NCBI GenBank assembly: GCA_965372215.1
Contig: CBDVBK010000001.1
Span: 39,874-103,873, forward strand
Direction of reading: 5' to 3'
DNA length: 64,000 bases
Source of the DNA: an uncultured bacterium
GTDB taxonomy: Bacteria > Fermentibacterota > Fermentibacteria > Fermentibacterales > JCC-6
The notes beneath the pieces were generated by a model, which ran no database searches, was not told the origin of the DNA, and worked only from the letters and a program-made list of their open reading frames with translations. The position numbers were made by a program, and so were the translations under genes. Position 1 is the first letter of the stretch, and the number at the start of each line of letters is the position of its first letter. Positions 10,143-20,060 of this stretch are shown one piece after another.

Positions 10143-12068
10143 TCAGGGCAGTTCCGGTCGTTTGCATCCAACCAACGCTATATCAAGCGCTTCGCCCAGT
10201 TCCATGGTTCCTCTGTCACCTTCACCGTGAATGCGCAAAGCAACCCTGTCTGATTCCATTTCACGTTCGCCGATAATGAACATGAATGGAACCTTGCCGG
10301 TTTCCGCATCTCTGATGCGATAACCTATCGTTTCACTTCTACCGTCAATTCTGCAGCGAAGACCTGCTCGCTCAAGTACATCCGCAATTTCTGAGGCCTT
10401 ATCATGCTGATCTGACGTAATAGGTAAGATAACAATCTGAACTGGAGCAAGCCAGCCCGGAAAGTTGCCTGCGTAATGTTCGATTAAATTACCAATAAAT
10501 CTTTCAACAGATCCGAATAAAGCCCTGTGAACCATATATACATTATGTTCCTGTCCATCATCTCCAACGTAAGTGAGATTGAAGCGATCAGGAATATTAA
10601 AGTCGAACTGGATTGTAGGACCCTGCCAGTATCTTCCAAGCGCGTCTTTCATCTTGATATCTATCTTGGGTCCGTAGAATACAGCTTCCCCCGCAACAGG
10701 CCTGTAATCCTCGCCCATTTCATCAAGTGCCCTGGCCAGGGCGGATTCGACTCGGTTCCACTCCTCCGGCTCACCGGCGTAGTGATCGGGGTCTTCCTTA
10801 TCCATAAGTGACAGCTCTATTTTGTACCCGAAATCGAAGATCTTCAGGAAATATAGAGCGAATCTTACAACCTTCTGAATCTCTTCGACTATCTGATCCT
10901 CTGTACAGAAAATATGGCCGTCATCAACAGTGAATCCGCGAACCCGCATGAGCCCGTGAAGCACACCGCTCTTTTCGTATCTGTAAACCATACCAAGTTC
11001 AGCGAAGCGTAAGGGAAGTTCGCGGTATGATCTCTTTCTGTGTTTATAGATGATAATATGTCCGGGACAATTCATCGGCTTCAGAACATACTCACCGCTG
11101 TCAATATCAAGAAAGTACATATTTTCCCGGTAGTAATCGTAGTGCCCGGAAGTTTTCCAGAGCTCAACAGGAGCGATATGAGGAGTACTTACAAGCTGGT
11201 ATCCGGCTTTTACATGTGCTTTCTTCCAGTGATTCTCAAGCTCCTCCCGGATAATCGTACCGGCAGGCAGCCAGTAGGTCAGGCCCGGACCGCCTATACC
11301 CCCTATTGTGAACAGCCCGAGTTCCGGGCCAAGCCTTCTATGATCTCTCTTCTTCGCCTCCTCAAGCATTTCAAGATGTGCCTTGAGATTCTTTGAAGAG
11401 TCAAAAACAGATCCGTAGATGCGGGTCAGCATTTCATTCTTCTCATCTCCTCGCCAGTAGGCTCCGGCAACACTGAGAAGCTCAAAATGCTTCAACGCCT
11501 TTGTGGATGGAACATGAGGTCCGCGGCAGAGATCGATGAAATCTCCATTTGAATAAACGGATATCTCTTCACCAAGATCTCGAAGTTCTTCAAGCAGTTC
11601 CAGCTTGTAATCCTCTCCTCTTTCACTGAAGAGTTTGAAAGCGTCCTCGAAGCTCATTTTCCTTCTTATGAACGGCAGATCTTCCTTAATCTGTTTTTTC
11701 ATCTCATCAGAGATCGCGTCAAATGCTGAAATGCCGGAGAACTCGGGTATTTTCATATCGTAGTAGAATCCGTTCTCAATGGATGGACCTATACCGAGTT
11801 TCGTACCCGGAAACAGCTTCTGAACCGCTCCGGCGAGAAGATGAGCGCAACTGTGCCTTAGAACTTTCTTCCCTTCCTCATCCTGGAATGTGAGAATCTC
11901 AATCCTGCCGTCGGACGGCAATGGAGTATTCAGATCAAGAAGCTCACCTTCAAAACGAACAAGCAAGGCATTCCTCGCAAGACCGTGAGAAACTGATTCC
12001 GCAACATCAAGACCGGTAGTGCCGGCCTCAAATTCTTTTACACTGCTGTCTGGGAAAACTATACGCAT
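10143..12068 (-). CDS. thrS: threonine--tRNA ligase
   Basis: TGS domain, RHSCAHLLA, DLCRGPHV, RDHRRLG, KPMNCPGH, FYGPKID, HRALFGSVERF. Confidence 0.99.
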   Translation of the reverse strand: MRIVFPDSSVKEFEAGTTGLDVAESVSHGLARNALLVRFEGELLDLNTPLPSDGRIEILTFQDEEGKKVLRHSCAHLLAGAVQKLFPGTKLGIGPSIENGFYYDMKIPEFSGISAFDAISDEMKKQIKEDLPFIRRKMSFEDAFKLFSERGEDYKLELLEELRDLGEEISVYSNGDFIDLCRGPHVPSTKALKHFELLSVAGAYWRGDEKNEMLTRIYGSVFDSSKNLKAHLEMLEEAKKRDHRRLGPELGLFTIGGIGGPGLTYWLPAGTIIREELENHWKKAHVKAGYQLVSTPHIAPVELWKTSGHYDYYRENMYFLDIDSGEYVLKPMNCPGHIIIYKHRKRSYRELPLRFAELGMVYRYEKSGVLHGLMRVRGFTVDDGHIFCTEDQIVEEIQKVVRFALYFLKIFDFGYKIELSLMDKEDPDHYAGEPEEWNRVESALARALDEMGEDYRPVAGEAVFYGPKIDIKMKDALGRYWQGPTIQFDFNIPDRFNLTYVGDDGQEHNVYMVHRALFGSVERFIGNLIEHYAGNFPGWLAPVQIVILPITSDQHDKASEIADVLERAGLRCRIDGRSETIGYRIRDAETGKVPFMFIIGEREMESDRVALRIHGEGDRGTMELGEALDIALVGCKRPELP

Positions 12069-12114
12069 GGTCCCGGCAACCTCCTTCCGGTCAAATTCTC
12101 AACAAATAAAAAAA

Positions 12115-12191
12115 TGGTGGGCGATACTGGATTTGAACCAGTGACTTCTTGCATGTCAAGCAAGCACTCTAGCCAACTGAGCTAATCGCCC
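12115..12191 (-). tRNA. tRNA-Val(GAC)
   Basis: 77-nt cloverleaf: GGGCGAT/ATCGCCC acceptor stem, anticodon arm CTTGC-TTGACAT-GCAAG, GGTTCAAATCC T-loop, encoded CCA. Confidence 0.97.
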
Positions 12192-12214
12192 ACCGCTCCA
12201 AATGCATGGCCCGA

Positions 12215-12243
12215 AGGATATACGCAAACTTCGTAATCGTCAA
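12215..12243 (-). promoter_or_regulatory. sigma70-type promoter for the tRNA-Val/thrS operon
   Basis: TTGACG-17 nt-TATCCT on the minus strand, about 24 nt upstream of the tRNA. Confidence 0.55.
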
Positions 12244-12366
12244 GGTTTGAAATCTTTCAGTAAGTCTCACCGGCGATTTCCGATCCGCTCGACAAAGAAG
12301 CATTTTTCAATCGATTGATGTTATCATTTCATGTCGCTTTTATTAGTGGGTGGCACTGTAGTTCGG

Positions 12367-12582
12367 TCAGCGGCACACTACTGTTCTGCCGCCATTCCCG
12401 GAATGATCGAATGAGATGATGTTTTCCTCTCCAATCAGATCGGCGATTTCCCTGTCACCCTTTTTCAGGTATCTGTCGCAGAATCCGGGAAGAACGGATG
12501 CCGGAAGGCTTTTTGACAAATCCATCGTTTCCGGATCAAGACCGCGAAACAGGTTATCCCAGTATTCCACAGCTTCATTCAT
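12367..12582 (-). CDS. small hypothetical protein, possible gene remnant
   Basis: 71-aa ORF with ATG and GGGA-like SD just after the kinase; N-terminus (EYWDNLF) recalls class I methyltransferase starts, but no SAM motif. Confidence 0.4.
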   Translation of the reverse strand: MNEAVEYWDNLFRGLDPETMDLSKSLPASVLPGFCDRYLKKGDREIADLIGEENIISFDHSGNGGRTVVCR

Positions 12583-12600
12583 ATTGTTTCCCGTACTGAG

Positions 12601-15075
12601 TTATTTGTCATCACTCATTACATCAGCAAGCTTTCGGAGCATATCCTTCATTTTGTACGGTTTATGCAGAAATCCAGAGGGATCGTTATCCTTAAAAGAG
12701 TTCATTACAACCTGTTCGCTGTATCCGCTGCACATGATGATTCTGATATCCGACCTGATTTCTCTTATCTTCCTGAATGCTTCTATGCCATCCATGTTCG
12801 GCATCAGCATGTCCATGAAGACAGCAAGTATCTCTTCCGAATTCTCTCTGAACATGGCAACCGCTTCAAGTCCGTCAGAGGCTGCAATGACATCAAATCC
12901 ACTGCTCTCCAGAATCTGAACGCAAACGTTTCGTACTTCCTTGTCATCGTCAACAAAAAGGATCAAACCTTTCTCCGACTGTTCATCGCATGACTCTGCT
13001 CTTAGTGTGGTATCTTCGGTTCGTACTTCAGCACAGGGAAGAAACACTTCGAATCTGGTTCCCTCCCCGCATTTTGAATGAACATTGATTGCTCCCTTAT
13101 GTGCTCTGATGATCCCGAGTACAGCGGCCAGTCCCAGCCCTCTTCCATAGGATTTTGTTGTAAAGAAGGGATCGAATATCAATGTGAAGTTATCATCCGG
13201 TATGCCGCATCCGGTATCGGAAATGGTCATGCATAAATACTTTCCTTCAGCTATATCTTCGTTAAACCTGTTCTCTTCCAGATACTCACTGTCAATCTCG
13301 ACTATTCGGGTTGAGATATTGATAACACCTCCGGCATCTCCAAGTGCTTCTGACGCGTTTAATATGATGTTCATCACAATCTGTCTGATCTGTGTGGCAT
13401 CACCATCCACCGGAGGAAGATCTCCGCAGGGCTTGAAGTCCAGAACAGTATTTTTCGATATGGAAGTCTCCAGGAGGGTCAGCATTTCCTCGATCATATT
13501 TGACAGCTGAACAGGTTCAATTACGAATATACCTTTCCCGGAATACGCGAGAAGCTGATTCGTGAGATCCGCCGCTCTGAGAGCGGATGTTTCTATACGA
13601 CCAATATTCCTCCGGATCAAGGATTCCGGTGGAAGCTGATCAAGTGAAAGACTCGCATTACCGAGTATGCCCATAAGAAGATTATTGAAATCATGAGCTA
13701 TTCCTCCGGCAAGAACACCGAGACTCTCCAGCTTCTGTGCACGCTGTATCCGGGTCTGAAGCCTGTTTTTTTCCTCCTCGGTTTTCTGTCGTTCTGTAAT
13801 ATCCCTTATAAACACGAGCTCGGCCTGTTTTCCCCTGTAGGTCGTATCATTTCTGTTCAATTCCACATAGAGAATTGATCCATCCAGTTTCCTCAGTCTG
13901 ATTTTACAGAACGGAACTTTTTCAATATCGGTCAGGTTTTTATCAGCTTCGAATTTCATAGCATCTTCTTTTGAATAAAAGAATTCTCCGAGTTCCAAAC
14001 CTGTTATTTCATCTTTTTCGAAACCGAGTACTCTGATAAGCTCCTTATTCGCGAATACAATCATTGAATCCTGAATGATAACGATGCCGTCGCTCGCGCT
14101 CTCTACCAGATTTCTGTATTTCTCCTCGCTTTCCTGCAGAGAGACCAGCATGCTTTTTCTTTCAATCGACATAGCGACCTGGTCGGACACGAATTCGAGA
14201 ATCTCCTTGTGATTCTCTGTGAACTGCATACCGAGCTTGTTGGCTTTCAGTGAAAGAACTCCAACTGTTTCCGCTTTTATTCGAAGAGGAGTCCCTATCC
14301 ATCCAGAAGTCAATAACCCGGCTGATTTAACCTCGCCACTTCTTCTCAGTTTTTCCAGAGCGGTGTTGTTATCAACGAGGACAGCTGTGCCGGTTCTGAT
14401 TACGTAAGCCTCAAGTTCTTCTGCTACAGGATCTGCCGGAGCTGCATTATTTCGCAGTTCGCCTGTCCGAGGATCACTGAAAATGCCGTTGTTCTCATCG
14501 TAAAGAACGATAGAGAATATCGCAGCAGGAAATATCGTATTTATAATTTCATAGAGTTCACGATATAACTCACTGCTGCCGGATGAAACAAATTCCGCGC
14601 TTGCTATTCTGTAGAGTGAAGTTTCCACGTTTCTGGCTCTTACGCTGTCCGTGATATTCCGGATAACCGTAATAACGTATACTGTCCTGCCATTTTCCTT
14701 TATGGGAATCTTGCGGGTTTCTCTGAAGTACTCCCAGCCGTCGATGAGAATACAGGATTCAGGTGTAACATGAGCCTCACCGGTTCTGAATACGTTTCTG
14801 TACTCATCGAATACTGCTTCAGACAAAAATGGGCATAATTCGCGAAGATTCATTCCCTGTCGAGGCTCGGGAATATCCAGATCGTCTGCCCATCCCCGTA
14901 CGGCATTATTAAACAGAACCAGGTTCAGATCGCTATCAACAACATGAATAGCTTCATTCATCAGGTTGATTATTTCACTGCTTATAATCTCTGAGTTTGA
15001 TGTGTTTTTCACCAGCGGGGATAATTTCTGAGATGTGCCTTTTCTCTCTGATTTTCTTTTCTGCATTTGCACCAC
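12601..15075 (-). CDS. cytoplasmic hybrid sensor kinase (PAS-GAF-PAS-HisKA-HATPase-REC, CckA-type)
   Basis: H-box AGGIAHDFNNLL, N-box MNIILNA, DTGCG, FDPFFTTK, GRGLGL; receiver FVDDD...FMDMLMP...KPY. Confidence 0.93.
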   Translation of the reverse strand: MVQMQKRKSERKGTSQKLSPLVKNTSNSEIISSEIINLMNEAIHVVDSDLNLVLFNNAVRGWADDLDIPEPRQGMNLRELCPFLSEAVFDEYRNVFRTGEAHVTPESCILIDGWEYFRETRKIPIKENGRTVYVITVIRNITDSVRARNVETSLYRIASAEFVSSGSSELYRELYEIINTIFPAAIFSIVLYDENNGIFSDPRTGELRNNAAPADPVAEELEAYVIRTGTAVLVDNNTALEKLRRSGEVKSAGLLTSGWIGTPLRIKAETVGVLSLKANKLGMQFTENHKEILEFVSDQVAMSIERKSMLVSLQESEEKYRNLVESASDGIVIIQDSMIVFANKELIRVLGFEKDEITGLELGEFFYSKEDAMKFEADKNLTDIEKVPFCKIRLRKLDGSILYVELNRNDTTYRGKQAELVFIRDITERQKTEEEKNRLQTRIQRAQKLESLGVLAGGIAHDFNNLLMGILGNASLSLDQLPPESLIRRNIGRIETSALRAADLTNQLLAYSGKGIFVIEPVQLSNMIEEMLTLLETSISKNTVLDFKPCGDLPPVDGDATQIRQIVMNIILNASEALGDAGGVINISTRIVEIDSEYLEENRFNEDIAEGKYLCMTISDTGCGIPDDNFTLIFDPFFTTKSYGRGLGLAAVLGIIRAHKGAINVHSKCGEGTRFEVFLPCAEVRTEDTTLRAESCDEQSEKGLILFVDDDKEVRNVCVQILESSGFDVIAASDGLEAVAMFRENSEEILAVFMDMLMPNMDGIEAFRKIREIRSDIRIIMCSGYSEQVVMNSFKDNDPSGFLHKPYKMKDMLRKLADVMSDDK

Positions 15076-15117
15076 TTTATCCTGGCCGGAGCCTGTTTGA
15101 CAGTATCTTCCGGAGAT

Positions 15118-16101
15118 TTACTCTGGAGCGGAGAACATAACTGAGTCAGATAGAGTACTGCCGCCATGCACGATGGTTGTTCCAGCTTCGCCTTCAATAG
15201 ATTTAAGAATGTTGCCCGGTGATGTAATCACAACCCTCTGTCCTCCATGTTTCAGGAAACCTATAGAAGCTCGGATCTTTGGCAGCATCGAACCCTGGGC
15301 AAATTGATTTTCATGTACATGACGCTCCATCTCCTGAAGTGTCGCTATCCGGATACCAGCCTGATCAGGTTTTCCGAAGTTGATATAAACCTCCGGTACT
15401 GAAGTGGATATAACGTAGAGATCAGCTTCGAGCCGTGTTGCGAGCAGCGCGCTTACATGATCCTTATCGATGACCGCAGGAACGCCTCGGACTTTGTAAC
15501 CTTCACGCACAACTGGAATTCCTCCGCCCCCCGCACAGATAACGATCTGTCCCGCATTCACGAGAGTTCTGATGGCTTCGAGTTCAAGGATTCGTCTCGG
15601 TTTTGGTGAGGATACGACCCTCCGCCATCCCCTTCCGGAATCCTCCTTCATGATCCAGCCATACTTTTCGCTGGCCTTTTTTGCTTCGCTTTCATTGTAG
15701 AAAGGTCCAACAGGTTTTGTTGGATTCTCGAAAGCAGGATCATCGGGAGCGACAAGAACCTGAGTTATCAGCGCGGTAACTGGAATGTCTATGCCCCGCT
15801 CCTCCAGAACATCGCCCAGAACCTGCTGCAGGAAATAACCAATATAGCCCTGTGTGGCGGCGACATTGACATCCATGCCGTCAGGCGGGACGATTTTTGA
15901 GGCAAGAGTGTTCCTGAGAAGCTCAAAGCCCACCTGTGGCCCGTTTCCATGGGTTATGACCAACCCTCCTCGAAGCTGGGCTACAGTAGCAATTTCCTCG
16001 CAAACCTCCCGCGCAAGCGTATGAGTATCGAGATTGCCATTCTTTCCCCCGGGAGATACCAGAGAGTTCCCTCCAACAGCCACAACAGTCCTTGAAGTCA
16101 T
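15118..16101 (-). CDS. arcC: carbamate kinase
   Basis: VVAVGGNSL, THGNGPQVG, PTKPVGPFY, WRRVVSSPKP, AVIDKD, GSMLPK; start ATG 16101. Confidence 0.93.
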   Translation of the reverse strand: MTSRTVVAVGGNSLVSPGGKNGNLDTHTLAREVCEEIATVAQLRGGLVITHGNGPQVGFELLRNTLASKIVPPDGMDVNVAATQGYIGYFLQQVLGDVLEERGIDIPVTALITQVLVAPDDPAFENPTKPVGPFYNESEAKKASEKYGWIMKEDSGRGWRRVVSSPKPRRILELEAIRTLVNAGQIVICAGGGGIPVVREGYKVRGVPAVIDKDHVSALLATRLEADLYVISTSVPEVYINFGKPDQAGIRIATLQEMERHVHENQFAQGSMLPKIRASIGFLKHGGQRVVITSPGNILKSIEGEAGTTIVHGGSTLSDSVMFSAPE

Positions 16102-16102
16102 T

Positions 16103-16606
16103 CTACTGGCCTCCAAATTCACTATCCTTCTCAGGTTTTCTCTTCGTACTGCCTCTGTAAATGATGACAAGAAGTATTCCGCAAATTGTTATAGCAGTAT
16201 CCGCTGCATTAAAAGTAGGCCAGCGCCAGCCGTTCGATCCGATATCTATGAAATCGACGACCTTCCCGTAGAATAATCTGTCAAGAAGGTTTCCCATCGC
16301 GCCTCCGAGTATGCCTCCGAGCGCGATGAAGAACAGTGGAGTATGATCACTGAGGCGCCAGATGAAAACGGCGATCAGGATAACCGCAATTCCCGTGAAT
16401 ACAGTCAGAACCATCGGCCCTCCCCATGACATACTGAATGCAGCTCCCTGATTCCAGGCAAGAGTGAACCTGAGAAAATTCCCAATCACAGAAACGGGCT
16501 GATGAAGATCAAGGGAACCAAGTGCAAGTCGTTTGGTCAGCTGATCAATACCCAGCACAGCCAGTGCGGTCAGATATCCATAAGTTCTCATTCTTGTATC
16601 AGTCAT
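16103..16606 (-). CDS. lspA: lipoprotein signal peptidase (signal peptidase II)
   Basis: DQLTK, NQGAAFS, GNLLDR, VVDFI, WPTFNAAD; follows ileS. Confidence 0.96.
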   Translation of the reverse strand: MTDTRMRTYGYLTALAVLGIDQLTKRLALGSLDLHQPVSVIGNFLRFTLAWNQGAAFSMSWGGPMVLTVFTGIAVILIAVFIWRLSDHTPLFFIALGGILGGAMGNLLDRLFYGKVVDFIDIGSNGWRWPTFNAADTAITICGILLVIIYRGSTKRKPEKDSEFGGQ

Positions 16607-19379
16607 TCAGATCCATGCCTTCCAGAACACCGGCACACCTGAAACAGACATCATCAGGAGCAAGCGTTCCAACTTCTGGAAGGATCTTCCAGCAGCGATT
16701 GCATTTGGATCCTTCAGCCTTCTCAACTGATACAGCAATTTCCTCACCTGCTGTTACATATACCTGAGATACGATCAGGAAATCAGCCCAGTTCTCCCCG
16801 TTGGCGCTGTTAGCCATTCTTTCAGGAACAGTAAGGTGGATTGCGGCATCAAGACCACCGCCTATCTCACCACAGGCTCTTTTTTCTTCAAGTTCCTTCA
16901 GAACAAGTTTCCGTATCTCGATATAAGCCTTCCATGAGTCAAGTTCTGCAGTCTCCTGATCCGAAGCAACAAAATTGTTATCATCCGGATATAGAGCCAG
17001 ATGCACGCTGGAAACATCTTCTTTAAGGCAATCCGGGAGTTCCTTCCATGCTTCCTCAGCAGTGAAGGGAATCAACGGAGCAAGAAGTTTCACAAGGTTC
17101 TTCAACATATATGCAAGGACCTGTCTGGTCATTCTGACTGAAGCGGAGTCAGTATCTCCGCAGTACAATTTGTCTTTCCTTATGTCCAGGTATTGACCTG
17201 AAAGGCTGATAACGGCAAAGTTCCGTAATTCTCGATACACCCGGTGGAACTGGAATTTCCGGTACTCCTCGATGCAGAACCTGCAGAGCTCTCTGAACCG
17301 TAGGTAGATGTACCTGTCAAAACCTTCAAGTTCAGAGGGTACAAGGTTATACTCAGTAAATTCTCCAAGATTGCCCAGCATGAATCGGAGAGTATTGCGC
17401 AGTTTACGGTATGCCTCCCTCGCGTCATCAAGTTGCGAGAGGTCGGCTCTGAAATCAGATGTATAATCAACGCTGCCAAACCATAGACGGAGTATATCCG
17501 CTCCCTGACTGTCTATAACCTTCAAAGGGGAAATAACGTTACCAATAGACTTGGACATCTTTCTCCCGGTTTTATCCTGAATTAGACCATGGGTAATGAT
17601 GTTATCAGCAGGCTTGCTCATGCCAAGCGCTTCACTCGTTACCAGGCTTAATCCGAACCAGCCGCGGTGCTGATCGGTCGCTTCAAGATAGACCGCCGCT
17701 GGGCGGGAAAGCCCGTGTTTCTCTGTAAGTACGTTGTAATGACTCAGAGAACTGTCAAACCATACATCCAGTATGTCATCCACTCTCTTTATATTGCGTC
17801 CGCCGCAGAACCGGCATTCAGCCTCTTTACCGGCAAGCTTGAATAATTCGGAAGGGTCGAGTTCAAACCAGACATCGGATCCCTTCTCCGAAACCAGGTC
17901 AGCGAAAGCATCGATCACTTCATGATCAAAAACCGGTTCACCACAATCCGGACATGTAAAGACAGGGAGAGCAACACCCCATGACCTCTGTCTTGAAAGG
18001 CACCAATCGGGACGCACCTCCATCATGTTCCGCATTCGTTCGTGACCCCATGCCGGATGCCAGGCTGTTTCCTCGACTCTTTCGAGAACACGCTTCTTCA
18101 GATCTTCATGGGAAAGACTCAGGAAAAACTGTCTTGTCGCTCTGAAAATGAGCGGTTTCTTGCAGCGCCAGCAGTGCGGGTAACTGTGCTTGATATCCTT
18201 ACTGTCAGCCACAAGATGTCCCGAGTTCTTCAGGTCATCGATTATTACCGGATTCGCCTTGAATACATGCATGCCGGCGTATTTCCCTGCGGCGTCAGAG
18301 AAAGTGCCGTTTTCTGTAACAGGGCTGAATATTTCCAGACCGTATTTCAGTCCAACGATGAAATCTTCAGCTCCGTGCCCCGGAGCAGTGTGAACACAAC
18401 CGGTGCCATCTTCCATTGTCACATGGTCCGCCAGTATCATCGCGGATGTTCTGCCCTCAATCAGAGGATGCTTCAGCAGGAGACCCTCAAGTTCGCTGCC
18501 GGTGAAGACAGGTTCTTTAAGAACTGTTCCTTCAATACCGGTTTCTTTCATGAATGCCCCGGCTCTTTTCAAAGCAACAAGGTAATTCTCTCCATCCGCT
18601 TTGACAATTACGTATTTCTCGGCAGGATGAAGGGCTACAGCCAGGTTTGCAGGCAGTGTCCATGGAGTCGTTGTCCAGATAACTGTCCTGGTTCCGAAGG
18701 GAACACCCGCCTTCTCCCATTCTTCAGGATTATCCTGCTGAAATGCGACGTAGATCGAAGGAGAAGTATGGTCTCCGTATTCCACTTCGGCATCAGCCAG
18801 TGCTGTTCCGCACTTCATGCACCAGTGTATCGGGCGAAGTCCCTGGTAGACATAATTACGTTTTACAAGTTCACCGAAAGCTCTGACAATACCTGATTCA
18901 TAATCAGCACTCATGGTAAGATAGGGTTTGTCCCAGAGACCGAATACTCCCAACCTCTTGAACTCTTCCCTCTGTACTCCCACGAATTCAGCGGCATACT
19001 CGCGGCATTTCTTCCTTATCTCTTCTCTTGAAAGATTTTTTCCACCTTCCGGCTGATTTCCCATGACATGATGTTCGATAGGCATGCCATGGCAATCCCA
19101 GCCTGGAACGTATGGAGAATCGTACCCCATCATCGTATGTGACTTGACAATGAAATCCTTCAGTATTTTGTTTAGAGCCGTTCCGAGATGAACGTGCCCG
19201 TTCGCGTATGGAGGTCCATCATGGAGAATGAACAAAGGACTCCCCTTTCGCGAATGCCGAATCCTGCCATAAAGATCTTCCTTACTCCACTCCTCCAGCG
19301 CTTCAGGCTCCTTCGCAATAAGATTGCCTTTCATGGAGAAGCCGGTTCTGGGCAAATTTATTGTGTCCTTGTAGTTCAC
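16599..19379 (-). CDS. ileS: isoleucine--tRNA ligase (type 1)
   Basis: HDGPPYANG, PGWDCHG, WTTTPWTLP, GTGCVHTAPGHG, KMSKS, C-terminal Zn finger CNRCW...CFRC. Confidence 0.98.
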   Translation of the reverse strand: MNYKDTINLPRTGFSMKGNLIAKEPEALEEWSKEDLYGRIRHSRKGSPLFILHDGPPYANGHVHLGTALNKILKDFIVKSHTMMGYDSPYVPGWDCHGMPIEHHVMGNQPEGGKNLSREEIRKKCREYAAEFVGVQREEFKRLGVFGLWDKPYLTMSADYESGIVRAFGELVKRNYVYQGLRPIHWCMKCGTALADAEVEYGDHTSPSIYVAFQQDNPEEWEKAGVPFGTRTVIWTTTPWTLPANLAVALHPAEKYVIVKADGENYLVALKRAGAFMKETGIEGTVLKEPVFTGSELEGLLLKHPLIEGRTSAMILADHVTMEDGTGCVHTAPGHGAEDFIVGLKYGLEIFSPVTENGTFSDAAGKYAGMHVFKANPVIIDDLKNSGHLVADSKDIKHSYPHCWRCKKPLIFRATRQFFLSLSHEDLKKRVLERVEETAWHPAWGHERMRNMMEVRPDWCLSRQRSWGVALPVFTCPDCGEPVFDHEVIDAFADLVSEKGSDVWFELDPSELFKLAGKEAECRFCGGRNIKRVDDILDVWFDSSLSHYNVLTEKHGLSRPAAVYLEATDQHRGWFGLSLVTSEALGMSKPADNIITHGLIQDKTGRKMSKSIGNVISPLKVIDSQGADILRLWFGSVDYTSDFRADLSQLDDAREAYRKLRNTLRFMLGNLGEFTEYNLVPSELEGFDRYIYLRFRELCRFCIEEYRKFQFHRVYRELRNFAVISLSGQYLDIRKDKLYCGDTDSASVRMTRQVLAYMLKNLVKLLAPLIPFTAEEAWKELPDCLKEDVSSVHLALYPDDNNFVASDQETAELDSWKAYIEIRKLVLKELEEKRACGEIGGGLDAAIHLTVPERMANSANGENWADFLIVSQVYVTAGEEIAVSVEKAEGSKCNRCWKILPEVGTLAPDDVCFRCAGVLEGMDLND

Positions 19380-19927
19380 TGCTCCTCACCTCCCCCGGTG
19401 AATTTTGAATTGAACAAATCGAGTACTGCTTCCGCAGCCTCTCTAACTGGCGGTACTTCAGTATTGACGGAATCCCAGCTATGGCATCTTACAAGAAATA
19501 CTACTCTCGCTCCGCCATGACCTGCTACTTCAGCCTCATCCACTCCTTCAGATACAAGCACGTCCGTTCCCATTACCGAAAGTTCAGCCGGCGTAGCAAG
19601 TCTCCACTCGGGTACTCTGCCGATTACGCCCTTTTCCCAGGGTCCGTCAGGAGTGATATAGATATCCATCAGTGAAGGAAATCTGGGTCCGAGATCTTCT
19701 CTGTTTGAACCTATCAGCGGGCTGCCTCCGAATAAAGCTATATGGTCGGAGGCAACAATCCATTTATTTCTGCTGGAAACGCCTTCTGCTCCTATCAGGA
19801 ACAGCTTCTCTCCTTTAACAAGAGCGGATCTCACGAAATCCAGTGCTTCTTCCCCATCCGTGCGAAAATGTATTGAAATATCTTCGGGAAGATCACATTT
19901 CCAGCTGCCTGGAAGAACCGCGATCAT
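19376..19927 (-). CDS. degenerate purine nucleoside phosphorylase-like protein
   Basis: SDHIALFGGSPLIGSNREDLGPRFPSLMDIY and TPAE resemble PNP-I segments; only 183 aa, active-site motifs altered. Confidence 0.6.
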   Translation of the reverse strand: MIAVLPGSWKCDLPEDISIHFRTDGEEALDFVRSALVKGEKLFLIGAEGVSSRNKWIVASDHIALFGGSPLIGSNREDLGPRFPSLMDIYITPDGPWEKGVIGRVPEWRLATPAELSVMGTDVLVSEGVDEAEVAGHGGARVVFLVRCHSWDSVNTEVPPVREAAEAVLDLFNSKFTGGGEEQ

Positions 19928-20006
19928 TCAATCACCTTCTTCGAATATTCAAATAGACAATAAGACGAACAGCGATTATGCAAACATATATCCTGCGGAA
20001 CAAGGG

Positions 20007-20036
20007 AAGCGCCCCCGCATGAAGCGGGAGCGCTTT
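20007..20036. terminator. GC-rich hairpin, probable terminator
   Basis: AAGCGC.CCCGC-ATGAA-GCGGG.GCGCTT inverted repeat 25 nt after the stop of the 20061 gene. Confidence 0.55.
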
Positions 20037-20060
20037 GTGGTTTGTTCTATAAGCGGTTAG

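Noticed and set aside
12069-12114. T-box or attenuator leader for thrS
   Set aside because: Only 46 nt between the tRNA and thrS; no T-box motif
12115-12600. Prophage or island integrated at tRNA-Val
   Set aside because: No duplicated tRNA 3' end or adjacent integrase; thrS follows the tRNA directly
18042-18896. Long antisense ORFs (e.g. 18042-18896, 9395-9976, 26004-26609, 45376-46149)
   Set aside because: They lie opposite well-conserved genes and show no recognisable motifs; treated as shadow ORFs
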